Source: Macrostomum lignano
Taxonomy: Eukaryota
Direction: 5' to 3'
NCBI GenBank assembly: GCA_002269645.1
Contig: NIVC01003322.1
Span: 1 to 64,000, forward strand
DNA length: 64,000 bases
A model generated the notes under the pieces. The model saw nothing but the letters and a program-made list of their open reading frames with translations. It was not told the DNA's origin and made no database searches. Shown in pieces: positions 44,943-57,350 of the stretch (within the stretch, counting starts at the first letter, position 1; each line of letters begins with the position of its first letter). A program made the translations under genes and the position numbers.

Positions 44943-47900
44943 ATGGATATCAATAGTCGCAATTTGGTGTGTGGCTTTGCACCTTACCTGTCTGAGGCTA
45001 GCACGCCAACAAAGCCTGAGCAATCCCATGAGTCCCCGCCATCTGCTTTATTGGCAACCAGTCCATCATTGTCATGCGCAGATGAGCCTGACCTTCTAGA
45101 TCCTGACTGCAGTCCTGGCAGGCGCATTCGTTGGACTGTCACTTGTGGCCAGTGTGGACAGGTCCGACCCACTCTAGTTATGCCATGTGGCCATCACTAC
45201 TGCACTGGGTAAGGATTCTTATTTTTGTTGTGTTCCGGCTTTCAACTCAGATTTTAGATGAAAATCGGTTTTTTTCAGATCCCTATCAAAATCCCATTCC
45301 CCAGATCCCCATCAGAATCCCCATTCCCCAGATCCCCATCAGAATCCCCATTCCCCAGATCCCCATCAGAATCCCCATTCCCAGATCCCTATCAAAATCC
45401 CCATCCCCCAGATCCCCATTGAAATCCCCATTCCCCAGATGCCCATCGAAATCCCTAATTTCTATATTCTTATCAGAATCCCTATTTATTGTATGCTTTG
45501 CACGACACGCGTTAGTTTCTAAGAACTTCTTTAAATTTATTTCTTACCAACGGGAAATGAGCAAGTTAAGCTACTAACAGTAGGCAAAGAGTTTATTTTG
45601 AATTAATTGACAAGTTCCAACCGAAATTATTATAAAAAAAATAAATCAAACCCGAAACAGCTGCCTGCAGCAGGGCAAAGCGGCTCAGCTAGGCGCAGAC
45701 AGTAGTGGCTCGGTGTCCGCAGTCCGCTGCCGTCGCTGCTCGGTCTCTTCTGGTGGCAGCCACGCGCCAGTGTCAAGTCTATTGGAAAATTTCGCGGCCA
45801 AACGTTATCTAGCAGGCTATGCTAACCAGGCTGCCCATTTGTCGCCTGTTGTTAGCGAGGCGTCAAAGCCAATTGACGATGTTGAAGCTGGTCGTCTGGC
45901 CGCCGCTGGTCTCGCTGCAGCCAATCGGCACCGTCTGCTCATGGATTATCGAGACCGTCTGCTGCCACAGTTGGAGGCTTCGCTGACAGCCGCCACGACC
46001 CAGGCTGCTGCTTCTATTGAACGCTGTCGATTGGACTACCTGAGGTGGGCCAAATTTTAGTATAACTGTATTCAAAATACTTTGCGTAATTTGGCTTTTC
46101 TCACAATATCTTCCGAATGCGCTGAAGACTGGAAGAAAGGCAGATAGATCAGACTGACTGACAGGTTGATACAGACCGACTGACAGGTAGATACAGACTG
46201 ACTGACAGGTAGATACAGACTGACTGACAGGTAGATACAGACTGACTGACAGGAAGATACAGACTGACTGACAGGTAGATACAGACCGACTGACAGGTTG
46301 ATACAGACTGACTGACAGGTAGATACAGACTGACTGACAGGTAGATACAAACAGATGGATTCCGCCCACTGCCCCACAGGGAGGTGGAAAACCGTCGCGC
46401 TGAGCTGCTGACAGAGTTGGCCAGCTGTAGTGCCACACTGGCTAGCGAAGTTTCATCGACAAGGCGGCATCTGATGGCCGATCGGGAGGCGCTTTCCCGC
46501 CTGTTGGCTCTGGTGAAAGCGCATTTAACTGTCGGGGCTAATCCGTCTGAATTGGCTATGCTACTGACCACTGTTGAAGGAAAACTGGACGAGGTAAGTA
46601 TTTTTGTGTTTTAATATCTATTCTATTCTATCTGTAAAGATCCGCATTAGAATCTCTCATATTCTTGATCCTCTAGATCCTCGCCAGTAGTTCCCCAGAT
46701 CTTCATAGAAATCCCCATTCCCAGATCCCTAACCGAATCCCCATTCCCAGATCCCCAACCGAATCCCCATTCCCAGATCCCTAACCGAATCCCCATTCCC
46801 AGATCCCCAACCGAATCCCCATTCCCAGATCCCTAACCGAATCCCCATTCCCAGATCCCCAACCGAATCCCCATTCCCAGATCCCTAACCGAATCCCCAT
46901 TCCCAGATCCCTAACCGAATCCCCATTCCCAGATCCCCAACCGAATCCCCATTCCCAGATCCCTAACCGAATCCCCATTCCCAGATCCCTAACCGAATCC
47001 CCATTCCCAGATCCCCAACCGAATCCCCATTCCCAGATCCCTAACCGAATCCCCATTCCCAGATCCCTAACCGAATCCCCATTCCCAGATCCCCAACCGA
47101 ATCCCCATTCCCAGATCCCTAACCGAATCCCCATTCCCAGATCCCTAACCGAATCTCCATTCCCAGATCCCTAACCGAATCCCCATTCCCAGATCCCCAA
47201 CCGAATCTCCATTCCCAGATTCTCATCCGAATCTCCATTCCCAGATTCTCATCCGAATCCCCATTGCCAGATCCCTAACCGAATCCCCATTCCCAGATCC
47301 CCAACCGAATCCCCATTCCCAGATCCCCAACCGAATCCCCATTCCCAGCCCCAACCGAATCCCCATTCCCAGATCCCCAACCGAATCCCATTCCCAGATC
47401 CCCAACCGAATCCCCATTCCCAGATCCCTAACCGAATCCCCATTCCCAGATCCCCATACAAACCTTATTCCCAGATCCTCATCCGAATCCCCATTGCCAG
47501 ATCCAAGTCCCCGTTGTCAGGATCCTCAATAAAAGACCCTATTCCCTTTAATACTGATATCTTGAATCCATTGAATCCCTATTTAACTTAAGAATGCTTA
47601 GATTCCTAAAATTGGCTAATGCAGATAATTATTGCTGATTTACCCACTCCGCACCGCAGGTCCTGAACCGCCGCTATCCGCTGTTACATCGCGACCCTGC
47701 CGACTGTCTTCGCTATGTACAACCAATGCCCGTAGCTGCCAATGCCCATTTATTAATGGGTGCTATTGTTTACAATCGTCAGATGTCTAAGCTTCGTCAG
47801 CAGCAGCCTTCAACTGGCAGTAATAATAATAATTATAATTCTCACGCTGCCAGCACAGTTGGCGATAAGAACAACAACAACACCAATGTTCAGAGCTTCA

Positions 47901-50900
47901 ATTTAAATCGTCGGCAAAGTATGCCTTGCACTTTTAATAAAGAGAATCGCCAGCCAGTTCAGGTTGACTTTCCAAATCGAACTTGTCCCTCGACTGCTCA
48001 GCCGACTTTGAAAATATTGCGTCTAAAGTCACTACTGTGAGTAGCGTGGTGTGTTCTTTTACTTTTTTCAACGGTAAAGAGAAATTTAACAGATCCCCAT
48101 TGAAAACTCAATCCCCATTCCCTAGATCCCATCAAAATCCCACTCGCATGATCCCATGGGAAACACCATTCTCCAGATCCAGACCGGAATCCCCAATCTT
48201 TTGATCCCCGTCAATATCCCCATCGGAATCATCATTCCTCAAATCCCCATCGAAATCAACAGTACCCAGATCCCCATGGCAATCCCCATTCCCTAGATCC
48301 CATCAAAATCCCACTCGCATGATCCCATGGGAAACACCATTCTCCAGATCCAGACCGGAATCCCCAATCTTTTGATCCCCGTCAATATCCCCATCGGAAT
48401 CATCATTCCTCAAATCCCCATCGAAATCAACAGTACCCAGATCCCCATGGCAATCCCCATTCCCCAGATCCCATCAAAATCCCACTCGCATGATCCCATG
48501 AGAAACACCATTCCCCAGATCCAGACCGGAATCCCCAATCTTTTGATCCCCGTCAATATCCCCATCGGAATCATCATTCCTCAAATCCCCATCGAAATCA
48601 ACAGTACCCAGATCCCCATGGCAATCCCCATTCCCCAGATCCCATCAAAATCCCACTCGCATGATCCCATGGGAAACACCATTCCTCTACCTGAAACTTC
48701 AGCAAACTGGACACTACCGGGAATCGTCGAACGTCTTGTTTAGCGGTTTCATCGTCAGGCGATATTCTAGTTGCTGACGGACTGGGCGGCTGCGTTCAAG
48801 CGTTCAAATTGAGTACCGGCTGTCAGGCCTATTGCCTAGGCGGTGGCGGCGGTGCCAGGTGTCAACAAGATCAGCTGAAGTGTCCGGAGCTGGTAAAAAG
48901 CAACCGCTCTGTTTAAAGTATCTTAATGCAATGTTTTCACATTTTCACTATCGCCTTCAAAATCTCCCTCTGCATACAATCCCTCCAAAACTGCCTCCCT
49001 CTGCATACAATCCCTCCAAAACTGCCTCCCTCTGCATACAATCCCTTCAAAATCTCCCTCTGCATCCAATGCCTTCAAAATCTCCCTCTGCATACAATGC
49101 CTTCAAAATCTCCCTCTGCATACAATGCCTTCAAAATCTCCCTCTGCATACAATGCCTTCAAAACTGCCTTCCTCTGCATACAATGCCTTCAAAACTGCC
49201 TTCCTCTGCATCCAATGCCTTCAAAACTGCCTTCCTCTGCATCCAATGCCTTCAAAATCTCCCTCTGCATACAATGCCTTCAAAACTGCCTTCCTCTGCA
49301 TACAATGCCTTCAAAACTGCCTTCCTCTGCATACAATGCCTTCAAAACTGCCTTCCTCTGCATACAATGCCTTCAAAATCTCCCTCTGCATACAATGCCT
49401 TCAAAACTGCCTTCCTCTGCATCCAATGCCTTCAAAATCTCCCTCTGCATACAATGCCTTCAAAACTGCCTTCCTCTGCATACAATGCCTTCAAAACTGC
49501 CTTCCTCTGCATCCAATGCCTTCAAAATCTCCCTCTGCATACAATGCCTTCAAAATCTCCCTCTGCATACAATGCCCTCAAAATCACTATCATCCCTATC
49601 GCCCGCTTCAGGTGGCTGTACACCGCGCCACAGGCAACATAGTAATATGCGACACCGATCAGGCTTCAATTCGATTATTATTGTACGCCTTTGGCGGCCG
49701 CACCCAACTGAAAGTGTTCGGCGCCGATGCCGAACTGCGAGCGCCCCGGGCTCTGTGCTTTGACAAAGACGGTCGCGTCCTGGTGCTGGACGGGCGCAGC
49801 AAGAGGCGCAGTCTTGGTATTAGGGATCAGGATGCTAAACAGTTCCGTGCTGTATTGTTCAATCCTGGCTGCCAGTTGCTAACCAATTTCATCTGCGCTC
49901 AACTTTTCGAACCTACTGGCGTTGCGGTTGACGCGGTCTATCGACTCTACGTTAGCGACTACTGCGGCGGCTGCGTTATGGTATGCTTGATTATTTGTTT
50001 TCTGTTTTTCTGCAGCTTGATATCTGTACAGTTTGGCTCCAGCTTGATATCTGTACAGCTTAGTCCAAACTTGATATCTGTACAGCTTAGTCCAAACTTG
50101 ATATCTGTACAGTTTGGCGCCAGCTGGATATCTGTACAGTTTGGCTCCAGCTGGATATCTGTACAGTTTGGCGCCAGCTGGATATCTGTACAGTTTGGCT
50201 CCAGCTGGATATCTGTACAGTTTGGCGCCAGCTGGATATCTGTACAGTTTGGCTCCAGCTGGATATCTGTACAGTTTGGCGCCAAATTGATATCTGTACA
50301 GCTTAGATCCAGCTGGATATCTGTACAGTTTGGCTCCAGACTGATATCTGTACAGTGTGACTCCAGACTGATATCTGTACAGTTTGGCTCCAGACTGATA
50401 TCTGTACAGTTTGGCTCCAGACTGATATCTGTACAGTTTGGCTCCAGACTGATTTCTGTACAGTTTGGCTCCAGACTGATTTCTGTACAGTTTGGCTCCA
50501 GACTGATATCTGTACAGTTTGGCTCCAGACTGATATCTGTACAGTTTAGCTCCAGCTGGATATCTGTACAGTTTGGCTCCAGACTGATATCTGTACAGTT
50601 TGGCTCCAGACTGATATCTGTACAGTTTAGCTCCAGCTGGATATCTGTACAGTTTGGCTCCATCTTGATATCTGTACAGTTTGGCTCCAGCTTGATATCT
50701 GTACAGTTTGGCTCCAGCTTGATATCTGTACAGCCTAGATCCAGCTAGATATCTGTACAGTTTGGCTCCAGCTTGATATCTGTACAGTTTGGCTCCAGCT
50801 TGATATCTGTACATCTTGGCTCCAGCTTGATATCTGTACAGTTTGGCTCCAGCTAGAAATCTGTACATCTTGGCTCCAGCTTGATGACTGTACAGCTTGG

Positions 50901-51440
50901 TCCGAACTTTATATCTGTACAGGTTATCTCCAACTTGATATCTGTACAGCTTGGCTCCAGCTAGATGTCTAGCTTACATTTGTGGCTTTTAACACTTGAA
51001 AAAATTCATTAACATGCACTAAATGGGCTACGGCTATGCGAGTATAATTGATTTTCATACTAATTATATCATTATCTACGCAATCCCTTCAGGTGTACAA
51101 TTACATTGGCGATCTGTTATCTAAGCTAGGCGGTCCTGGCATCACCGATCAGCCTTGCGGTGTTGCAGTTCGTCACACGGACGGCGCCATTGTTGTTGTC
51201 GGCTCGGCCGTTCTAAAGCGCCCTACCAGTTCATCCACCGCCGGCTGTTATTGCGCTATTCTGACTGTCCTAGCAGCAGACAGCGCGCCGTCAATCGGAG
51301 TTACCGCCGGCGCCCTGCTGAAATCCATAGAGCTGGAGCTTGGCACGTTCTGCAAGTGTCGGAAATTTGCTCTGAGCGAGTCCGGCCACTTGGCTCTACT
51401 AGGCGGTCAGAACTCTGTCTATGTTTATTCGCTTGCTTAA
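44943..51440 (+). CDS. RING finger - coiled coil - NHL-repeat protein (TRIM-NHL/malin-like E3 ligase), 7 exons, ~715 aa
   Basis: Exons 44943-45208, 45661-46044, 46380-46593, 47660-48036, 48703-48892, 49612-49980, 51093-51440; all GT-AG with consistent phases. RING CGQC-x9-CGHHYCTG|C..CRRC. NHL repeats LAVSSSGDILVAD, VAVHRATGNIVICD, PRALCFDKDGRVLVLD, EPTGVAVDAVYRLYVSD, QPCGVAV. The start codon is less certain. Confidence 0.82.
45276..45453. repeat. 27-bp minisatellite in intron 1
   Basis: GATCCCCATCAGAATCCCCATTCCCCA units. Confidence 0.9.
46145..46352. repeat. 22-bp minisatellite in intron 2
   Basis: ACTGACTGACAGGTAGATACAG units. Confidence 0.9.
46693..47505. repeat. 26-bp minisatellite in intron 3
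   Basis: GATCCC(T/C)AACCGAATCCCCATTCCCA units. Confidence 0.95.
48089..48685. repeat. 171-bp tandem repeat (~3.4 copies) in intron 4
   Basis: CACTCGCATG recurs at 48,141, 48,312, 48,483 and 48,654. Confidence 0.9.
48953..49590. repeat. 28/31-bp minisatellite in intron 5
   Basis: CTGCATACAATGCCTTCAAAA + TCTCCCT or CTGCCTTCCT variants. Confidence 0.95.
50033..50968. repeat. 27-bp minisatellite in intron 6
   Basis: GATATCTGTACAGTTTGGCTCCAGCTT units. Confidence 0.95.
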
Positions 51441-51499
51441 CTGGCGTGTGTTGGACTAGTCTGACTGACTTTTCTTACTATTCATATTTTGCCCCTTCT

Positions 51500-52420
51500 T
51501 ATCTCAGTTACTGGGCCACCCATCCTCCCAGATCCTTAGTTGCTGTGCCAGCCTCCCAGATCCTCAGTTGCTGGGCCAGCCTCACAGATCCTCAGTTGCT
51601 GGGCCAGCCTCCCAGATCCTCAGTTGCTGGGCCAGCCTCCCAGATCCTCAGTTGCTGGGCCAGCCTCCCAGATCCTCAGTTGGTGGGCCAGCCTCCCAGA
51701 GTGTCAGTTGCTGTGCCAGCCTCCCAGATCCTCAGTTGCTGGGCCAGCCTCCCAGATCCTCAGTTGCTGGGCCAGCCTCCCAGATCCTCAGTTGCTGGGC
51801 CAGCCTCCCAGATCCTCAGTTGGTGGGCCAGCCTCCCAGAGTGTCAGTTGCTGTGCCAGCCTCCCAGATCCTCAGTTGCTGGGCCAGCCTCACAGATCCT
51901 CAGTTGCTGGGCCAGCCTCCCAGATCCTCAGTTGCTGGGCCAGCCTCCCAGATCCTCAGTTGCTGGGCCAGCCTCCCAGATCCTCAGTTGGTGGGCCAGC
52001 CTCCCAGAGTGTCAGTTGCTGGGCCAGCCTCACAGATCCTCAGTTGCTGGGCCAGCCTCCCAGATCCTCAGTTGCTGGGCCAGCCTCCCAGATTCTCTCA
52101 GTTGCTGGGCCAGCCTCCCAGATCCTCAGTTGGTGGGCCAGCCTCCCAGAGTGTCAGTTGCTGGGCCAGCCTCCCAGATCCTCAGTTGCTGTGCCACCAA
52201 TCCTTACAGATCACCTAGTTAATGGGCCAACCTCCCAGATCCTCAGTTGCTGGGCCAGCCTCCCAGATCCTTAGTTGCTTGGCCAGCCTCCCAGATCCTC
52301 AAGTAACTGGGCCAGCCTCCCAGATCCCCAGTTTCTGGGCCAGCCTCCCAGATCCCCAGTTGGTGGGCCAGCCTCTTAGATCCCCAGTTGGTGGGCCAGC
52401 CTCCCAGATCATCAGTTGCT
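51500..52420. repeat. 28-bp minisatellite downstream of the NHL gene
   Basis: CCTCCCAGATCCTCAGTTGCTGGGCCAG units. Confidence 0.95.
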
Positions 52421-54173
52421 AAACCAGACCCCCAGATCTTTAAAAATGGTAAACTTTTTTTCCTAAAGAAACATTTAAGAAAACGATCCTCCGATGTCCA
52501 TGGCCTTTAACAAGGTCATTGCTCTGCTTAACTCCCGCACAAATATTTTTGTCCATGCGCTTACCTGAGCGTGCACGAGTAACAAGAGCGCAACTGGGTT
52601 GAACAGCTGACTGCATGTATGCTGCAGTCGATTTTATTTTGCTATTTTTACCAACTTTTGGATCGAAAAAATATTTATATATTGTTCTCATTTAGCCTAT
52701 GCTTTTATTTATATAATTTTGCTTATCTATTTATTATTTTATATTCATTAGCTGCTTTTCCTGTAAATTTTGCTGCAGCAATACAGCTGAATTAAGTTGG
52801 TGCTTTAATCTCGTTTGGTTGCTATTGTTTTCAGGAAAGTTTACTCTCTTGTTTATTCGCATTTTTAAAAAAGTTGCTATCGCTTATTTTCCTATTAACT
52901 GCTAACCGCTTCTTTGTGCCATTTTTGCGACTGCTTTTATCATTTCTTAAGGCTTTCTTTTCTTAGGTTTGTCATTTCAGTGATGCTTGATCCGATGAAA
53001 ACCGTAAATGAAAGACGTGTTCTGGGGTCACTTGCGCGGTCTCTGAGTCGTTTCAAAATAGTTGCAGATGACACAGGTAGAATAGGAAATGAGAGACTGA
53101 GATGAAAGGCAGATTGTGGCAAGGACCGTTTTTGTAAGCACTTTTGTCATTTGTATTTATAAAAAAACTGATTTTAGACTAAGCAATTACTTTTGTTTTT
53201 ATCAGCCATTTTATCGATTTGCAGTTGAACACGCAGTGACTTCATTGTGCAATATTTGACGTTTTTATATTTTTTATTATTGTTAAACCTAAATATCAAT
53301 TAATTGTGCAATTTGATTTTTAGCATTCTTTATCTTCCAGCTTGCTGTTTTCTTCAGTAGTTGCTTAATTTGCTTTTTCTTGCGACTATATTTATGCTTT
53401 TATTATTTCTATTGCTTTTATAGTAATTTTCATTATCATGCACATCACACATTTAGACAATGGTATACTTTCTGTAGCTTAATTTTTCCAAACCTTTTTG
53501 TCATCTCTTTGATTTGTTTGTGATTGCTTTTGTTGAATTAGCGGCTCAATAAATACGTGTGGCTACGAACGCTACACAATAGTTTGTTTGTTTGCATTTT
53601 TTATTTGACAACTTTTTTAATTAAAGAAAGTTTCGTTCCAAAAATCAACGTGTATTCGATTCAGTCTTGCAAGTCTGTTAAATTTCGAACTAACAGTGAG
53701 CAGTGGGAACGAAAAAGAGGGTACATTTTAAAATATTTGTCTATGCTAAAACCTGCCACGCCAACTCGAGATACAGTTGGTCTAAACTTTTGTACTTTTG
53801 TAAGATTATTAAGGTTAGCGTGTGGTTTAGTCCTGGGTGCTTTGAACTGTTGATTGTAGGAACAAAGTCCAGTTAAGCTACTTAGTTTAGTAGCATAAAT
53901 GTATATCGTGCTCCCAATTTTATTAGTAGAGTAAAAGAAAAGAGATAGAGTAGGAAGTGATTATTATAGAAAAATATTTGTGAATATTGCTTGCTTACTT
54001 ATTGTTATGTAGTTGCTCCCTTCCTTCAGCTGTGCGTCCCTGGACTTATAATATTGTCCTACACAATTTCTACATTGTAAACATTTAGCATCACATTGCA
54101 CTGGAATGTTAGAGAGAGGTTCGCTACGCTAAAGAGTGCCAATATTTGATCACTTGGTCTCTTAGGGCTTCGA

Positions 54174-54985
54174 TCAGTCCGAAAAGAAGCCAAAAGCTTC
54201 AATTTCACAGATGCAAAGGGCTGCAAACTGCCGATTCAGAATTCGAACTCGACTGCCAAGTTGCCAGCAGCTGAGGTTGGTCACCGAGAATGGGATGGCG
54301 ATGTTCATGTCGTAGCACACAACTCCGTCAACCAGCAGCTGGAAGTTGTTCAGCCGATCTGCACAGCAGTCCTGCCTGTTGTAGATGGTGACGGATGCGA
54401 CCATGGACTGCTGAGGCAGCTGGCCCTCCCACCAAATCGGAACTGTAAGGTCTGTGTGGCTGCAAGATCCCTTGAAATAATTTTGACGCTTGTCCCCATC
54501 GATAGCCCGGCTGCAAACTCCTCCAGATGAATTTCCACTTTGGCTGCATCCGGTGAATGGAAGCTGTTGAATTGTTGAATCTAAAATTTATTAGCATGGT
54601 TAAGGAGCTGTCCGCGAGGCGACTACTGATTCGAAACTGATTCATCTGCATGAACTCTCCTTCACTCACTGACTATAGAAGCGTAAATATCGCAACGCTC
54701 TGTCGTGAGCATTGTCCACGAGTCGCGGTTAAAGTAGGCGGACACCGTGAAAAGTCGACAGTCTTCTTTAGCAGAGTTGACCCAGCAGATGCCAAAGCAG
54801 CCAGGTTTTGTTGAGCATAGTCCAGAGCAGTAAATCCTACTGCTCGTCTTGTGGGAAGCAAAGCTTACTGGCGAGGAGCTGCTCCCGCTTGAGTCCAGTC
54901 GAAAATCTCCAATCTTCGTATCGGCCTCGGAGTCAGCGATGGCGAAGGCTTGCACGAGCAGGAATGTCAGCAGTTTTGAGCTCAT
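54174..54985 (-). CDS. Secreted protein: signal peptide + PAN/Apple-like Cys domain + F-type lectin (fucolectin/FTP) domain, 2 exons, 233 aa
   Basis: Exons 54985-54674 and 54563-54174 (phase 0). RAIDG..GSCSHT..WW..SVTIYNRQDCCADRL..LCICEIEAFG, with an exact H-x26-R-x-D-x4-R fucose-binding motif. Confidence 0.85.
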
Positions 54986-55675
54986 CCTGATAGCTACAAG
55001 TAGTTTCCAGTTTCCAATTTGAAAGTTTTGCTCAGGCAGTTTTGGATTTTGTAATCTGCTTTTCTGGCTCTAACGAGACTGGGGTTGGCAATGCTGGCGG
55101 CGGTTTCTACCCAATTATTTATCCTCCTATCCCCCTTGAAGTCGCCACTGTCAGTTCCTGTGTCCCTATACTTGCATGTGTCTGCCACATAGTTTTGCTA
55201 TACCAATTAACCGCATGCAGTCTGTCCATTCAACTGCACCCTGCATACAGTGCATCATTAAAAGTTTTTTTTTAAAACTGTGCCTGTATTACCCACACTC
55301 AAGAGGTTGATGGCATAGCAACACAGCTACTGAGAACTATTTATTGGGACAACTATGAGACATGCACTGCAGTATATGCTGCTTGTGCCTTCCTAGTCTT
55401 GCGCGCGTCATTATCTAAGGCAGCTGAGCATGAATGGGTTGTTATGCTCGGATAATTTAAAAAAGAAATGTATTTAACGTGCATTTAAATTTGCTATATT
55501 TCAATTATAAGTACCTCGTATTAGTACTGCAACATTTGCAATAATATGCTATATATTAAAGTCTTACGTCTGTATAAATTTTTTAAACTTAATGAGTTGC
55601 TGATCACTGGCTGAACTTGGATACTGTTGTGTATTGCAAAGGCATGCAATGCGAAGGGATAGTTCGGGGACAGGG

Positions 55676-55772
55676 TTTCTAGAAACTTCCACAGCAGGAC
55701 TTGTTTACGCATTGTTCCAGAAGTTTCCTCTCCCGGTCTTTCTAGAACTTTCCTTCCCCGCGTGCATAAATA
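55676..55772 (+). promoter_or_regulatory. Cluster of three perfect heat-shock elements followed by a TATA-like box
   Basis: TTCtaGAAacTTC (55,677-55,689), TTCcaGAAgtTTC (55,715-55,727), TTCtaGAActTTC (55,740-55,752), then CATAAATA at 55,765-55,772. Confidence 0.75.
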
Positions 55773-56289
55773 TACGAGCCGCCCTCCTATTGGCCAACAG
55801 AACAGATACTACTATTGAGGTTTTAAGTAGTAGTAGTACATCTCATCATATACATGTAATGCATTTTCTACAGGTAAGTGCAACCAGATATCATCGATGA
55901 TCTGAACTCAAGACTGAGTACTGATGTACTCATCAAAACACACTCAAAGCTTAACGTAGCTGTCAATCATACAATATTAGTTTGAAAAAAGGAACCATCC
56001 AATCCATTAATATACAGAATCTGTGTAGATAACCACGTGTAAATGCGTAGTGGAAGCCGATCTGACTAAAAGAAAAAAAATTCTACTCAAAAAATTTGCC
56101 TGCATAATCCTCACTCGCTACTTATTAGTAGCTATAGCAACAGCTCATGCGATGAATTTTTATTTTAAAAAAACTAAATATGTGGCATAATTATAGATTT
56201 ATTTCTCACCAAGATCTAATTAACCTGCTGGTGGCAGCCCCGCGGGACTGTCCCTCCACAGGCTTCTGCTTGAACTCAACCGCCAGGGA

Positions 56290-56375
56290 CATCGGGGTTA
56301 GCGACAATGACCCTCATCTCATCTGTGAATGCCCCGTCTTTACTCAGTACAAGCTCACCTACCTCGGCCCGAACT
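56290..56375 (+). pseudogene. Possible LINE C-terminal zinc-knuckle remnant
   Basis: Translates ..DPHLICECPVFTQYKLTYLG, resembling the HLxCxC..LG end of non-LTR ORF2; short and unverified. Confidence 0.35.
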
Positions 56376-57065
56376 TTTCCCGTTTTCAGGCCCAAAAATC
56401 CTTTGATCGCTCGCTCCAGGGGCGTCGCCACTCAAGGGAAATGGGGGGGGGCATGTCCCCCTGTAAAAGCTAGAGGGGGACATTCCAATGCTTTGTCCCC
56501 CCCCCCATCCAACCTTGTGACGCATTGTGGGAATCAATAATTTTGCTTCAGGGCCACAAAATATAGCGCTTGCGGCGCCGAAATGAGAGTGTCTGCGGTG
56601 CCCAAATGAATGTCTGCCCGCGGTGCCAAAATGAGTGTCTGCCTGCGTCTCTTGTCCCCTCACCATGCATAAAGTCCACCTACCTAAGGGCTACCGGCAT
56701 CTCACTGCGCGACTGCAACAGTATATACCGGTATAGCTGCTTGTTATGGTCGAGACAAGCAAGAATTCAAGTAAGAATAGTCGTTTGAATATTTCCATTT
56801 ACTACATAGATTGGCTAGCATGCGTTCGTGTGCTTCCTTATTTGGTACAACTATTTTGTGGGAAATAAATTCTGTTGCAATCTTTGCTGATTTTGGCATG
56901 AGACAAGCACACAATGGGGCCGGGCTAGCTAGGGTGCATGCGGTTTGTTTTCTGTAGTTTAAACGTTATTGATGTATCAAAATACAGTGTAGTGTGTGCA
57001 CTGCAGCACTGATTCATTGCTATAGCCCACTACAAGTGTAATTGATATCTTTATTATTTGTAGTA

Positions 57066-57350
57066 GGGCGTTTTAGCCTACTGGTTAGAGCGTACGTAGG
57101 ACTCACAACTTAAGGTCGGGGGTTCGATTCCGGATCCTACTGGAACAATTTTTGTCCTTGAGCAAAAACACTTAATAACTCTTCATTGCTTCAGTTCACG
57201 CAAGCTATAAAATGGGTGCCAGCTGGGGTAATTGAGGGTGTGTGGTGGTGACCCCCCCCCACCCAGTCCTTGGACTGAACAGCCGTACACACTACACAGC
57301 TTTCAGATGCGCCAACAATGTAAGAGTAATGAACAATGCTTTAACGTTAA
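57066..57350 (+). mobile_element. tRNA-derived CORE-SINE
   Basis: Pol III A box TAGCCTACTGGTTAGAGCG and B box GGTTCGATTCC (57,121-57,131), then GTCCTTGAGCAAAAACACTTAA..GCTTCAGTTCAC..TAAAATGGG resembling the MIR-type CORE domain. The 3' boundary is approximate. Confidence 0.72.

Noticed and set aside
48832-52274. 638-aa and other long ORFs across the NHL gene
   Set aside because: Read-through of stop-free intronic minisatellites; the spliced model explains the true coding parts.
1-52420. CRISPR array
   Set aside because: Eukaryotic intron-containing context; repeats are contiguous with no unique spacers and no cas genes.
56415-56700. CAGGGGCG-initiated non-autonomous DNA transposon
   Set aside because: Only one terminus-like end is visible.
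57066-57140. Functional tRNA gene
   Set aside because: Acceptor and anticodon stems do not pair properly, and the sequence continues into a SINE CORE-like body.
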